Source: Promethearchaeota archaeon (GTDB lineage Archaea; Asgardarchaeota; Lokiarchaeia; Sigyniarchaeales; SOKP01). From it: DNA of 64,000 nucleotides. The DNA lies in contig JAEOSU010000037.1 of the NCBI GenBank assembly GCA_016840165.1, positions 1-64,000 of the forward strand. Direction: 5' to 3'. Below, piece by piece: positions 1 through 9,419 of the stretch (the stretch's first letter is position 1; each line of letters begins with the position of its first letter). The notes under the pieces were generated by a model that saw only the letters and a program-made list of their open reading frames with translations, was not told the DNA's origin and ran no database searches. The translations under genes and the position numbers were made by a program.

Positions 1-45
1 AAAAAAAATAGAAAAAATATTTAATGATGTTTTATCAAATCTGTT

Positions 46-615
46 TTATTGGTTTTTGATTTTTTTGAGAAGAAAGGCAAAATTCTTCCCGAGGTTTTCG
101 AAAGTATTCACTCCCTCCTCATCTTTTAATACATCTCCAGGATCTCTTCCTACACCTAAGTTCCAATAGCTAGATCCTACTACAAACATTTGTTTGATGA
201 GAAAGAAATAGTTTATGCTTGAAAACACATGAACTCCTCCTGCACGCCTAACAGCCACTACTGCGGCTCCAACTTTGTGCTTTAAGTGGCGTCCCGTTGC
301 ATATCCTACCCGCTCAATTAAAGCTTTTACACTAGCGCTAACATTAGAAAAATAGGTAGGAGAACCGATGATAATACCGTCCGCATCGAGCATTTTCTGA
401 ATATATTCATTCATATCATCATCGGGTAAGACACAGCGTTGATCATTATTCTCAACACATTTTAGACAGGCAGTACATCCCTGTAATTTTTTCCCGCCGA
501 TCCATACATAATCGCATTCGATATTTTCCCTTTTTAATTCCCTCATGACGATTTCTAAACAATCATGCGTATTTCCGTTTTTTCTTGGACTTCCATTAAA
601 TAATACCACTTTCAT
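46..615 (-). CDS. Iron-sulfur flavoprotein (Isf)/NADPH-dependent FMN reductase family flavodoxin
   Basis: N-terminal GSPRKNGNT FMN loop, CxxCxxCx7C cluster motif (CTACLKC...C), GSPTYF, RRAGG. Confidence 0.9.
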   Translation of the reverse strand: MKVVLFNGSPRKNGNTHDCLEIVMRELKRENIECDYVWIGGKKLQGCTACLKCVENNDQRCVLPDDDMNEYIQKMLDADGIIIGSPTYFSNVSASVKALIERVGYATGRHLKHKVGAAVVAVRRAGGVHVFSSINYFFLIKQMFVVGSSYWNLGVGRDPGDVLKDEEGVNTFENLGKNFAFLLKKIKNQ

Positions 616-716
616 ATTCTTAACAATCCTTTTTTTAATAGTATGGTTTATATGGGAAAATAAAGGATTATTAGTATTTGAAAATTAGTTTCTATTAGGA
701 AGGAAATTTTTCAAGA

Positions 717-1973
717 GTGATTAAGTCAATGACAGCACAGAATCAACCAGAATTACTCGCGCCAGTTCAAGATTGGAACTCATTAAAAGAAGTAGGAGAT
801 ATTGCTGATGCAGTTTATTTTGGAATACAAGAGTACAATATGCGACAAAAGGCAAGGAATTTCAAGCGTTCTGATTTAGAAAATATTGTAAATTTCTGCC
901 ATAATTCAAATCCCCCAACAAAAGCATATTTGACTACAAATATTTTAATTTATGACTCCGAACTCCAAGATTTAGAGAAAGTGATAATTGAGGCGAAATC
1001 TGCCGAAGTAGATGCGATAATCGCCCATGATTTAGCTGCAATACGATTTGCAAAGAAAAATGATGTGAAATTTCATATCTCAACTCAAGCCAACGTATCT
1101 AACATCGAAAGCGCAAAATTTTATGAAGAATTAGGTGCTCACCGGATAATTTTGGCACGAGAATTATCTTTAAAGCAAATTAAGTTAATAAAACATCATT
1201 TATCTAATACAGAAATAGAGTGCTTTGTCCATGGTTCTATGTGCACCGCTATTTCAGGAAGATGTTATTTTTCAGCTACAATCGAAGATTCCGAAAAGTT
1301 TTCAGCAAATCGGGGTAATTGCGTTCAGCCATGTAGGCGGGAATGGCGTGTTATTGATGATCAAAATCATGAATTTATCTATGATGGTCAGATGTTTTTG
1401 AATGCTAAGGATTTATGCATGATAGAATATATCCCAGAACTAATCCAGGCTAAAATAGATGCATTTAAGATTGAAGGTCGAATGAAAGATTCTTTATATA
1501 TGAAAATTGTGACTGAGTGTTATAGAGAGGCAATAGATAGCTATTATGAAAATTCATATACTGAGACTAAAATAAAGAACTGGTTGAGTAGATTATCAAA
1601 AGTATATAATAGAGGTTTTCATACTGGTTTTTATTTTCATAAGCCAACAATCGAAGATATTCAATTGGATATCCGGGGAAATGCCTCACCCTTTAAAAAA
1701 CATTATTTAGGGCAAGTAGTATCTTTCGACCCTAAAAGCATGACTGCAAATATTTTGATTGAAATCAGAGAATTCACTTTAAAGCTTGGGGATGAGATCT
1801 TTATAATTGGGGAGGATACCAAACATAACCAAAAGATTAAACACATGGTATTCAAAGGAGAGAAAATTAAGAGTATTAAAAAAAAGCGGTATGATAGTCC
1901 GTTTAAAATTAATATGCGAGTCAATAAAGAGGTAAAAGAGAAAGATAAAATTTATATTATCTATAAAACATAA
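717..1973 (+). CDS. Peptidase U32 family Fe-S protein (TrhP/RlhA-like RNA hydroxylase)
   Basis: PELLAP, ADAVYFG, HISTQ, ARELSL, HGSMCTAISGRC...NRGNCVQPCR, KIEGRMK; C-terminal beta domain. Confidence 0.9.
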   Translation: MIKSMTAQNQPELLAPVQDWNSLKEVGDIADAVYFGIQEYNMRQKARNFKRSDLENIVNFCHNSNPPTKAYLTTNILIYDSELQDLEKVIIEAKSAEVDAIIAHDLAAIRFAKKNDVKFHISTQANVSNIESAKFYEELGAHRIILARELSLKQIKLIKHHLSNTEIECFVHGSMCTAISGRCYFSATIEDSEKFSANRGNCVQPCRREWRVIDDQNHEFIYDGQMFLNAKDLCMIEYIPELIQAKIDAFKIEGRMKDSLYMKIVTECYREAIDSYYENSYTETKIKNWLSRLSKVYNRGFHTGFYFHKPTIEDIQLDIRGNASPFKKHYLGQVVSFDPKSMTANILIEIREFTLKLGDEIFIIGEDTKHNQKIKHMVFKGEKIKSIKKKRYDSPFKINMRVNKEVKEKDKIYIIYKT

Positions 1974-2029
1974 TGGTATAATTTTCTTTTTTAGTTTAAG
2001 ACTATAATAAAAAATGGTGGGATAGGTAA

Positions 2030-2704
2030 GTGTCTTATGAAGAAAAGAGGGAAGAATTAGTACAGCATCTTATTAACCGAAAGGTTTTAACAAAAAAAAA
2101 GGTGATAGATGCAATGTTAAAGGTCCCACGCCACGAATTCTTGCCAAGGGAAGCAGTTTCTTCAGCATATATCGACTCACCAGTTTTAATTGGGCTTGGT
2201 CAGACAATAAGTGCGCCTCATATGAATGCTATGATGTGTGAACTTTTAGATTTAAATGAGGGGGAAAAAATTTTGGAGATAGGAACCGGTTCAGGATATC
2301 ATGCTGCATTATGCGCAGAAATCGTAGCACCTTCAGATTCTAATAATCCTGGCCATGTATATACTATTGAAAGACATAAAAAGTTAGTGGAAACAGCTCG
2401 TAGGAATCTTAAAGAGACGGGCTATGATAAACATGTAACTGTTATTCATAGGGACGGAACATTAGGTTATTCAGAGCAAGCCCCTTATGATAAAATATTA
2501 GTTACTGCCGCATCACCAAAAAAAATCCCTCAACCCATAAAAGATCAATTGAAAGACGGAGGGTTAATATGCATTCCCGCAGGTTCTCGAGAATTTGGTC
2601 AAAACTTATATATTATTCGAAAAATAGGAAGAGAATATAAAGCAGACAAAATAACAGGAGTTAGGTTCGTAAGTTTGATTGGAAAATATGGTTGGCCAGA
2701 ATAA
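2030..2704 (+). CDS. pcm: Protein-L-isoaspartate O-methyltransferase
   Basis: VPRHEF, GQTISAPHM, LEIGTGSGYHAA, APYDKILVTAA, VRFVSL. Confidence 0.95.
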   Translation: MSYEEKREELVQHLINRKVLTKKKVIDAMLKVPRHEFLPREAVSSAYIDSPVLIGLGQTISAPHMNAMMCELLDLNEGEKILEIGTGSGYHAALCAEIVAPSDSNNPGHVYTIERHKKLVETARRNLKETGYDKHVTVIHRDGTLGYSEQAPYDKILVTAASPKKIPQPIKDQLKDGGLICIPAGSREFGQNLYIIRKIGREYKADKITGVRFVSLIGKYGWPE

Positions 2705-2744
2705 GAATTAATTTCAAATACTTTATTCGGATTTTAGGATCATT

Positions 2745-2879
2745 TTACTGTTTTTTCAATCGCTCTTCCATTAATTTTTTCCGAACTGATTTCACAAATT
2801 TATTCTTTTCGATCTTCTCTTTTAAAGAGCCATTTGTGTAACTGTAGCCATTTTGTCGCTCATTATGATATATCCCCAT
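2745..2879 (-). CDS. Small basic hypothetical protein (44 aa from ATG at 2879)
   Basis: MGIYHNERQ...ERLKKQ; TATA-like TTTATATATA on the minus strand near 2933-2942. Confidence 0.45.
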   Translation of the reverse strand: MGIYHNERQNGYSYTNGSLKEKIEKNKFVKSVRKKLMEERLKKQ

Positions 2880-3035
2880 ATCTTCAGAACCTAATAAAAA
2901 CGTGTAATTTATAGTAGATATTATGAGTTTAATATATATAAAGGTTGATGCTTTTTCAATTTTGAGAAACAATTATATCTGGAAAAATCATAATATAATC
3001 AAATAAGAAGTAAATAATTTTTTTGTTTAGCAAGA

Positions 3036-3647
3036 ATGTATATTAGTCAGCATCTTACAACCTATAAAGTTAAGATATTGATTTTGGGTGCATCCAATTC
3101 TGGTAAAATATCTTTTTGTTCAAAATATACTAGTGGATTTTCAAAATCATTTGAGGAGTCACTTGGTGTAGACATTTTTGTAAGAGAAGAACCGTATCCC
3201 GATGGGGAAGATATTACATATTCTTGTTGGGTTTGTGCTCCTGAACGACGATTCAAATATTATTGGCCTAAGTTTTTTCGGGGAGCGTCTGGTGTATTTA
3301 TTATGTTTGACGTCACGAGTAGGGAGAGCTTTAATGAGGTTCTTTTTTGGTATAAAACGGTTAGAAAGAATTTAGGCTTAATTCCAATGATTCTTTTAGG
3401 AAATAAAGTAGATCGTAAAGACGAGCGAATCGTTACATTTGAAGAAGCTAGCAGGGTTGCTAGACGATTAGAGTTTGCAGCATATTTGGATATATCGGTA
3501 AAGAAAGATATTAATGTATCAGAATCATTTGAATTGTTAAATGGAATAATCTATAGCTTTATAAATTCTGAAAAAAATGAATTTCACCCTAACGATTTAG
3601 ATCCAAATATTAAAGAAAGAATAGAACAACTGAACTTTCATTTTTAA
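3036..3647 (+). CDS. Rab-like small GTPase with degenerate G1/G3 motifs
   Basis: KILILGASNSGKIS, SLGVDIF, FFRGASG, FDVT, GNKVD, ISVK. Confidence 0.85.
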   Translation: MYISQHLTTYKVKILILGASNSGKISFCSKYTSGFSKSFEESLGVDIFVREEPYPDGEDITYSCWVCAPERRFKYYWPKFFRGASGVFIMFDVTSRESFNEVLFWYKTVRKNLGLIPMILLGNKVDRKDERIVTFEEASRVARRLEFAAYLDISVKKDINVSESFELLNGIIYSFINSEKNEFHPNDLDPNIKERIEQLNFHF

Positions 3648-3761
3648 TAATCTTTTAGGTACTATCTTTTAGTTATAATATTTTTTTAAAATATAGAATT
3701 AGTTGAAATCTATAACATTTGAATAGGAACTCACATTATAAGTAAATAGTATCATAGATCA

Positions 3762-5504
3762 ATGATTAGAATGAACTCGTTCATCGATAAAAATTTATTG
3801 CAGCAAGTTTTAAATTCGAATGAATTCAAGGGTTGGTTATTATCCAGGGAGTGGTTCGGCAATAAGACCAACTTAGCTAGTTTAGCGTTTGCCGTTTCTA
3901 TAAATCATTATGAATTCATTTCAAATCGCATTTTCCTGCTTGTTATTGAAATTAATACTCAAAGCTATGTGAAAAACTATTTTTTACCACTCATCTATTA
4001 TGAAAATCTTCAAGAGATTCTGGAGGAACGAGAAAATGTAAGTGAAAATATTGTCAAACTAACGGAAAATACGTTTAGCAAGAAGCTCGCAATATATTTT
4101 CATGATAAGAAAGAAGAGGATATCATCACTCTTAATTTACTCGAAGCAGAGTATTGTGCGTTTTTTTGGAGAAAGATTTTATTTGACAAAAAGCTTTCTG
4201 AGAATTTCCCTTTGCATTCGTTATATTTAACTCTCTATAGCGAACAATTTGAGGATGAGAGAAATATGAGAAATGTGCAAAGCCTAATAGAAGCAGCATT
4301 ATATCCCGATAGATATGAGTTTTCCCTGAAACAGATTGGGGGCACAACTACAAATTTGCTTTTTCAAATTAATATCTTTAATAAAAAAACTCCTGATAAA
4401 AGAGTCTCTTCTTTTGTATTAAAATCCTATAAAAGCTATTCTCCCGGTCTGGAGACAAAATCATTATATGTTTTAGTAAAGAATGATTTCCCTAACGCCC
4501 CGAAAATCTATGGTACCATCCGATTCTACGAAAATGAAGTAATTGGAATATTACAGAATATGGAAAATAAGGGAAATCTTGGAGACATTTACTGGAATGA
4601 ATTGACTAAGATGCTTAATCAGATCATAACGGATATTAATGCTGATTATTCCTTTCTCCAAGATAAAGAACTAGTTAGTAATATAATCAAGCAAAATTGT
4701 AAAGAGACGTTGTTGGTTTCGAAACAAATTGGATTAGAAATTAAGAAATTACACAAAGCATTAATTCTCCCCGAAATAGCTCAGTATTCGAAGGAAGTGG
4801 TGAATAGTCGTGAATTTTTAGAGAACCATAATAAAAAGCTGTTAAAAATTGTAACAAAAATACAAAATAATATGAAGCGAAGGGAAAAAGTAGCGTTTTA
4901 TACTTCACCAAAAATCCAAGCAATACTCATTGATATCCAAGATATTTTAGAACGATACCACTCTGAATTTGGAGCGGAAAACATTAAAATACAACCCCTC
5001 CATCAAGATCTTCATATGCAAAAAATTCTGTATAATAAGGTAAATGGTGCATATGATTTTTGTTTCATTGATTTTGAAGGCGATCCTCAAATCCCCTTAG
5101 AAGAGAAAAAGCAAAAATTCCCGATTGAAAAAGATTTAGGTTCTTTTTTACGGTCTTTGAGCTATATAAAATTTGATGCATTACTTAATTTTATTGAAAA
5201 GCGATTAATTGGTAAAGATGAATATCGTGTTCCTGAGGAATTTCTGTTTAGTTTGTACTTCAGAAAGGCAGCACAAATTTCTAAGAAAGATAAGGTCTTA
5301 GAATCAGTACTATATCTTTTAAATCACTGGGAACGTTCTATGATGAATAAGATTTTCGATAAAACGATTAAAGTTAATTTCACATTAATTAATTATTTTA
5401 CTATCGAGCGTGCGTTACATGAATTAGATTATGAATTGTTATATAGACCTAACAAATTAATTATTCCAATTCTGGGATTGAAGGAACTAATTGACAGAAT
5501 CTGA
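3762..5504 (+). CDS. Maltokinase (Mak/Pep2)-like kinase, APH fold
   Basis: N-terminal WL..REWFG.K; HQDLH, IDFEGDP, KDLGSFLRSLSY, ERALHELDYEL..RP match Mak motifs. Confidence 0.8.
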   Translation: MIRMNSFIDKNLLQQVLNSNEFKGWLLSREWFGNKTNLASLAFAVSINHYEFISNRIFLLVIEINTQSYVKNYFLPLIYYENLQEILEERENVSENIVKLTENTFSKKLAIYFHDKKEEDIITLNLLEAEYCAFFWRKILFDKKLSENFPLHSLYLTLYSEQFEDERNMRNVQSLIEAALYPDRYEFSLKQIGGTTTNLLFQINIFNKKTPDKRVSSFVLKSYKSYSPGLETKSLYVLVKNDFPNAPKIYGTIRFYENEVIGILQNMENKGNLGDIYWNELTKMLNQIITDINADYSFLQDKELVSNIIKQNCKETLLVSKQIGLEIKKLHKALILPEIAQYSKEVVNSREFLENHNKKLLKIVTKIQNNMKRREKVAFYTSPKIQAILIDIQDILERYHSEFGAENIKIQPLHQDLHMQKILYNKVNGAYDFCFIDFEGDPQIPLEEKKQKFPIEKDLGSFLRSLSYIKFDALLNFIEKRLIGKDEYRVPEEFLFSLYFRKAAQISKKDKVLESVLYLLNHWERSMMNKIFDKTIKVNFTLINYFTIERALHELDYELLYRPNKLIIPILGLKELIDRI

Positions 5505-5508
5505 TACT

Positions 5509-6108
5509 TTATTTGATCTTTGCAAATTTGAAGGAATAATGCGAGGAGGATTTATTTTCGGGTTGGATTTCTTTATTATATTGATCTCGTAAACTTTTAC
5601 TTCCTTTAAGCTCCTCCTCTACAAATCGAGGATTGTATTCCTTTTTTTTAAGCAATCGATAGATAAAAGACTCTACAAATCTTTGAGGCCCAAACTTTTT
5701 AGTAATTAATATTGAATTCTCATTATCAATAAAAAATGGGAATAAACCTAAATTATCACAAAATTTTATTTTGTACTCAATGTCATCCTCTTTCCCATAA
5801 ATACGACCTACATCATTGATAAAACGGGCTAATTTATCTCCAAAACGAATTTGTTCTTCTTCATCCAATTCCATCATAATTTTCCTTAAATAACTTCGTT
5901 TGATAATGACTAAATCTCGATTATTCAAAGATTTAAGTGCGCTTTTTTGTTTTATTATATATTTTGAGATTTCTAAATAATTGCGAATTAGATCAGCTTT
6001 TGAAATGCCTAGTCTATTTTTCATATAATCTAAATGATTGTTTAATTCACCATCTATACGAATTGTAATTATCTTTTGGTTACTTTTTGTCTCTTTTGTT
6101 TGACTCAA
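5509..6108 (-). CDS. Ribbon-helix-helix (CopG-like) DNA-binding protein with C-terminal domain
   Basis: IITIRIDGELNNHLD...GISKADLIRNYL. Confidence 0.75.
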   Translation of the reverse strand: MSQTKETKSNQKIITIRIDGELNNHLDYMKNRLGISKADLIRNYLEISKYIIKQKSALKSLNNRDLVIIKRSYLRKIMMELDEEEQIRFGDKLARFINDVGRIYGKEDDIEYKIKFCDNLGLFPFFIDNENSILITKKFGPQRFVESFIYRLLKKKEYNPRFVEEELKGSKSLRDQYNKEIQPENKSSSHYSFKFAKIK

Positions 6109-6134
6109 AACCCATTAACTCCATAAATTTTTAT

Positions 6135-6168
6135 TGTAGTTTTTGTAGGATAATGTAATCAATGTAAC
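6135..6168. promoter_or_regulatory. Phased TGTA(A/G) repeat array upstream of the RHH gene (putative operator)
   Basis: TGTAG at 6135 and 6144, TGTAAT at 6154, TGTAAC at 6163; 9-10 bp spacing. Confidence 0.5.
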
Positions 6169-6576
6169 TATATTAATCTTTTGTATGAAATTACCTTTTT
6201 TTTTAGATAATTTTTATTTATAAATTATCACTATTTTCTATTTTAATCATTTTTAATGGTAAAGAGATAAAGGACCCATAAATTTTATAATAAGTATAGT
6301 TTGCGTTTAAAAATTAGAAGTAAGAATAATATTCAATATAGTGTAAGCTTAAATTTTTGACATTAATTAATTATTTATTTTCGCTTTAAAACTTAGATAA
6401 TCATATAAATAGAAATTTAACTAAATAATGGAATCCCAAAGAATTGATTTATGAGATTTTCAAATCCAATATCATATAGATTCCACATTTATTTCATTCT
6501 TTTTAATCCAGTCAATATTGGGAAAGAAAAAGGAGAGCCCGCGTTTTTTTCAATTTATTTTTTTATCTATATCATT

Positions 6577-6613
6577 TGTAATATATTGTAATCTATGTAA
6601 TAAAATGATTACA
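6577..6613. promoter_or_regulatory. Phased TGTAAT repeat array upstream of the ArsR-like gene (putative operator)
   Basis: TGTAAT at 6577, 6587, 6596 and inverted ATTACA at 6608. Confidence 0.5.
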
Positions 6614-6715
6614 AATGATTAATGGATCACACTTAAAAGTTCGAATATATTTTGTTTTTATGTACCCAAAAATAATAACAGTGTTAAAAATCCTCATAAG
6701 GGTTGAATTATATTA

Positions 6716-7075
6716 ATGGAAATTAGCGAATCAAATTTACCAGACTCAGAAATTCGATCCCCCATCGAAATTCAATTAAAAAATGATTTTGAAGATAAAA
6801 GTATCGTGATTGAAATGGATGATATGATCGAATTAATTGTAAAAGCACTCTCCTCAAAAACGAGACGTGATATTCTTCACTATATTCGAAAGGAAACGGA
6901 TGGAATGGATGTATCTAATATTGCAGATAAATTAGATATGACGGAGGCAAACATTTCAGCACAAATAAAGAAGTTAGAAGAGGCAAATTTGATAAAATGC
7001 GATTATTGTTCAGGTCAACATGGAGTAAGAAAAATAAGTAAGATCAAATTTAATCAATTGCTTGTAAAATTTTAA
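6716..7075 (+). CDS. ArsR/SmtB-family winged-helix transcriptional regulator
   Basis: KALSSKTRRDIL...VSNIADKLDMTEANISAQIKKLEEANLI...GQHGVRKI. Confidence 0.85.
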   Translation: MEISESNLPDSEIRSPIEIQLKNDFEDKSIVIEMDDMIELIVKALSSKTRRDILHYIRKETDGMDVSNIADKLDMTEANISAQIKKLEEANLIKCDYCSGQHGVRKISKIKFNQLLVKF

Positions 7076-7128
7076 CCTTATTTTCTCTTTTTTATTGGGT
7101 ATTTTGATGTGATAGAGATCATATAGTT

Positions 7129-8277
7129 TTATTGATTATCTAAGATGTAATTAATGAGAGTATTTTTGATCTTTTCAAAATGGCCTAAATGAACTTTTAA
7201 TAGATCTTGAAGAGCCTCTGTCAATCCAATTTTCTCTATCTTCTCGACAATATCAAAATAGGGACTTTTCTTTATAGCTTTCACCAATGCTTTATTTTTT
7301 TCCATATCACTTAAAAGAAAATCTTTTGGTGGAATTTTTTCAGCATTAAGAATTCGTTGAATAATTGCCAGCAACATTGCATCAAATGTTATTCGCAATA
7401 CAATTTCTCTGTCAAAATCTGATTTTATTGGAATCAGATATTCTTTAAGCAGAGAGATGGATTGTTTAAATAATTCAATAGAATCTAAACCAAGACTTTC
7501 GATTTTTTCATTAAAATCGGGATTATTGGTGATACTTAAACAAATTGATGAAATAACTTGATATTCGGCAACAAAATGAATGAAGCGTGCTTTCGCATTG
7601 AGCATAGTCTCTTGGGAGTCAGCATCATCTAATAAATCTCCTATATTGTTTAGAGCTTTTCTAAAGTAGGAAGAAATCATATAAAATTTTTCAGAGGCGG
7701 CTATAAGTTCTTTATTCTTCAATAATAAAAGCGCTCTTTTCTCCTCTTCTTTATAAAGCTCGTCAAATTTATTTATTTTCATGACAGCTCTTAAGATAAA
7801 ATCTTTACCGAGATCTTTTGTTTGAGGCGCTTTTTCATATGCTTGACCTGCTTTTAATAATAAAATTGATGCTAGATTGAGATACTCCTCAGGATCGGTT
7901 TGAAAAAGATAATCTGATGCTTTACTCCAACTCTCACCAGCAGTCTCCCAGTCATTCATTCGATAGGATATATTTCCAAGTTGAATCAAAAGTTTTGCTG
8001 AAATTTCTTCAAGTTTTAGTTCCTCCGTTTTTCGGATAATCGATTTCAATCGATAAACTGCTTGAATGTTATTTCGGAATTGTAAGATAATTTGAGTAAT
8101 TCGAATGAATAATTCATCTAGTTTGAGATAACTTCCTAAATCCAGATAAATTTGGGCTGCTTTTTCGTACACTTTTATTGCCTCATCCCCTTTTCCTTTA
8201 TCAGCAAGTGTTTCAGCTCTATCGATTAATTTAATGGCTTCTATCTGCTTCTCTTCATTGTCGTTATGATTATACAT
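7129..8277 (-). CDS. Helical repeat (TPR/alpha-SNAP-like) protein
   Basis: TPR-like units EAIKVYEKAAQIY, AKLLIQLGNISY...AGESWSKA, ASILLLKAGQAY. Confidence 0.55.
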   Translation of the reverse strand: MYNHNDNEEKQIEAIKLIDRAETLADKGKGDEAIKVYEKAAQIYLDLGSYLKLDELFIRITQIILQFRNNIQAVYRLKSIIRKTEELKLEEISAKLLIQLGNISYRMNDWETAGESWSKASDYLFQTDPEEYLNLASILLLKAGQAYEKAPQTKDLGKDFILRAVMKINKFDELYKEEEKRALLLLKNKELIAASEKFYMISSYFRKALNNIGDLLDDADSQETMLNAKARFIHFVAEYQVISSICLSITNNPDFNEKIESLGLDSIELFKQSISLLKEYLIPIKSDFDREIVLRITFDAMLLAIIQRILNAEKIPPKDFLLSDMEKNKALVKAIKKSPYFDIVEKIEKIGLTEALQDLLKVHLGHFEKIKNTLINYILDNQ

Positions 8278-8429
8278 TTAGGTATTCACCATAGCAATAG
8301 TAAATTTTTAATTTTTCACTCTAATAGGATGTTAAAAAAATAAACTTTATTTAAGTTTTGGTAAGATAATTAAAATGATGAAAATTATATTCATTTCTCA
8401 ATACAATTGAAAATTTCTTTTTTCTTTTC

Positions 8430-9314
8430 CTAGAGTGTTTGAAAAAGTTTAATTTTTAAATCTTGTAGCGTATTTTTAAACGCTCTTGTTTGATATACTG
8501 AAGCAAAACATTCTTTTGCATCTTCAATAGCTCCATAAAAAATGAAATTAGAAAATAAGCTCGCAATTGTCATAATACTTGCCCTTCGATATCGTGTATG
8601 ATATTTGGTATTTAGTCTAGGAGATGAAAATTTGAATAAAAAAAGACTCGGAGCGGTACCAACAGGTAACCTAAGAGACTCACTTATAATCTTCTGAGTT
8701 TCGAGAATATGTGCTACGCTTTCTAAATCAATTACTCCACCATCTATTAAAATCTTTTTTACACCTAATTTTTTCAAGCCTTTAATGATACTATCACCAT
8801 TTGGTTGATTTTTTTCGGTTAAGTAAGCAAATCTTTGGGTGGAGGTCATATTATTAGATCCGAGAATTAATACAACTGCATTTTGGATTTTGAATTTCTT
8901 TATTGTATCAATTTCTTTTGGGTTTTTAAGATTGGAGATTGCATTGTAAATAAATTCGTTTGGATCTACCCCATGATCATTTAAGTATCGAAGACCTTCC
9001 ATTCTTGCTTCAAAAGTACCTCCTAGTACAAAAGGTGGTTCATAATTATCTAAGTAGAACTTCAGATATTCTGGCATCGAATCAGGTTCATTAGCAGAGA
9101 TCTCTATCATATGAGGTAATTTATATTGTTTTGATAAACTTATCTGAGTGTCAATTCGTTTCTTTGCTTTTTCTCTATCGAAAATAGTTGGATTTTTTCG
9201 GTCAACCAATGTCTGTCCTTGATAAAAAAGAGTGCCAATCATAATAGGGGGGAGGACAAAATCACCATAGCCTAATTTTATTGTTCCAATTGTATAAAAT
9301 GAATTTTGTGACAT
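8430..9314 (-). CDS. mtrH: MtrH/MtgA-family pterin methyltransferase (stand-alone)
   Basis: PPIMIGTLFYQGQ.LV, FDREKA, IYNAIS, LPVGTAP, FYGAIE. Confidence 0.7.
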   Translation of the reverse strand: MSQNSFYTIGTIKLGYGDFVLPPIMIGTLFYQGQTLVDRKNPTIFDREKAKKRIDTQISLSKQYKLPHMIEISANEPDSMPEYLKFYLDNYEPPFVLGGTFEARMEGLRYLNDHGVDPNEFIYNAISNLKNPKEIDTIKKFKIQNAVVLILGSNNMTSTQRFAYLTEKNQPNGDSIIKGLKKLGVKKILIDGGVIDLESVAHILETQKIISESLRLPVGTAPSLFLFKFSSPRLNTKYHTRYRRASIMTIASLFSNFIFYGAIEDAKECFASVYQTRAFKNTLQDLKIKLFQTL

Positions 9315-9419
9315 AATCTTTACACTAAATTATAAAGAATTTATATTTAACTATAATTCATAGTTTGAAATAAGATACTATGAATTACGATAACGTTTAA
9401 TATAATTTAAGGATGGGAT

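Noticed and set aside
6520-6551. Possible hairpin terminator GGG...CCC followed by a T-tract
   Set aside because: The stem is only about 3 bp and no gene ends directly upstream on that strand.
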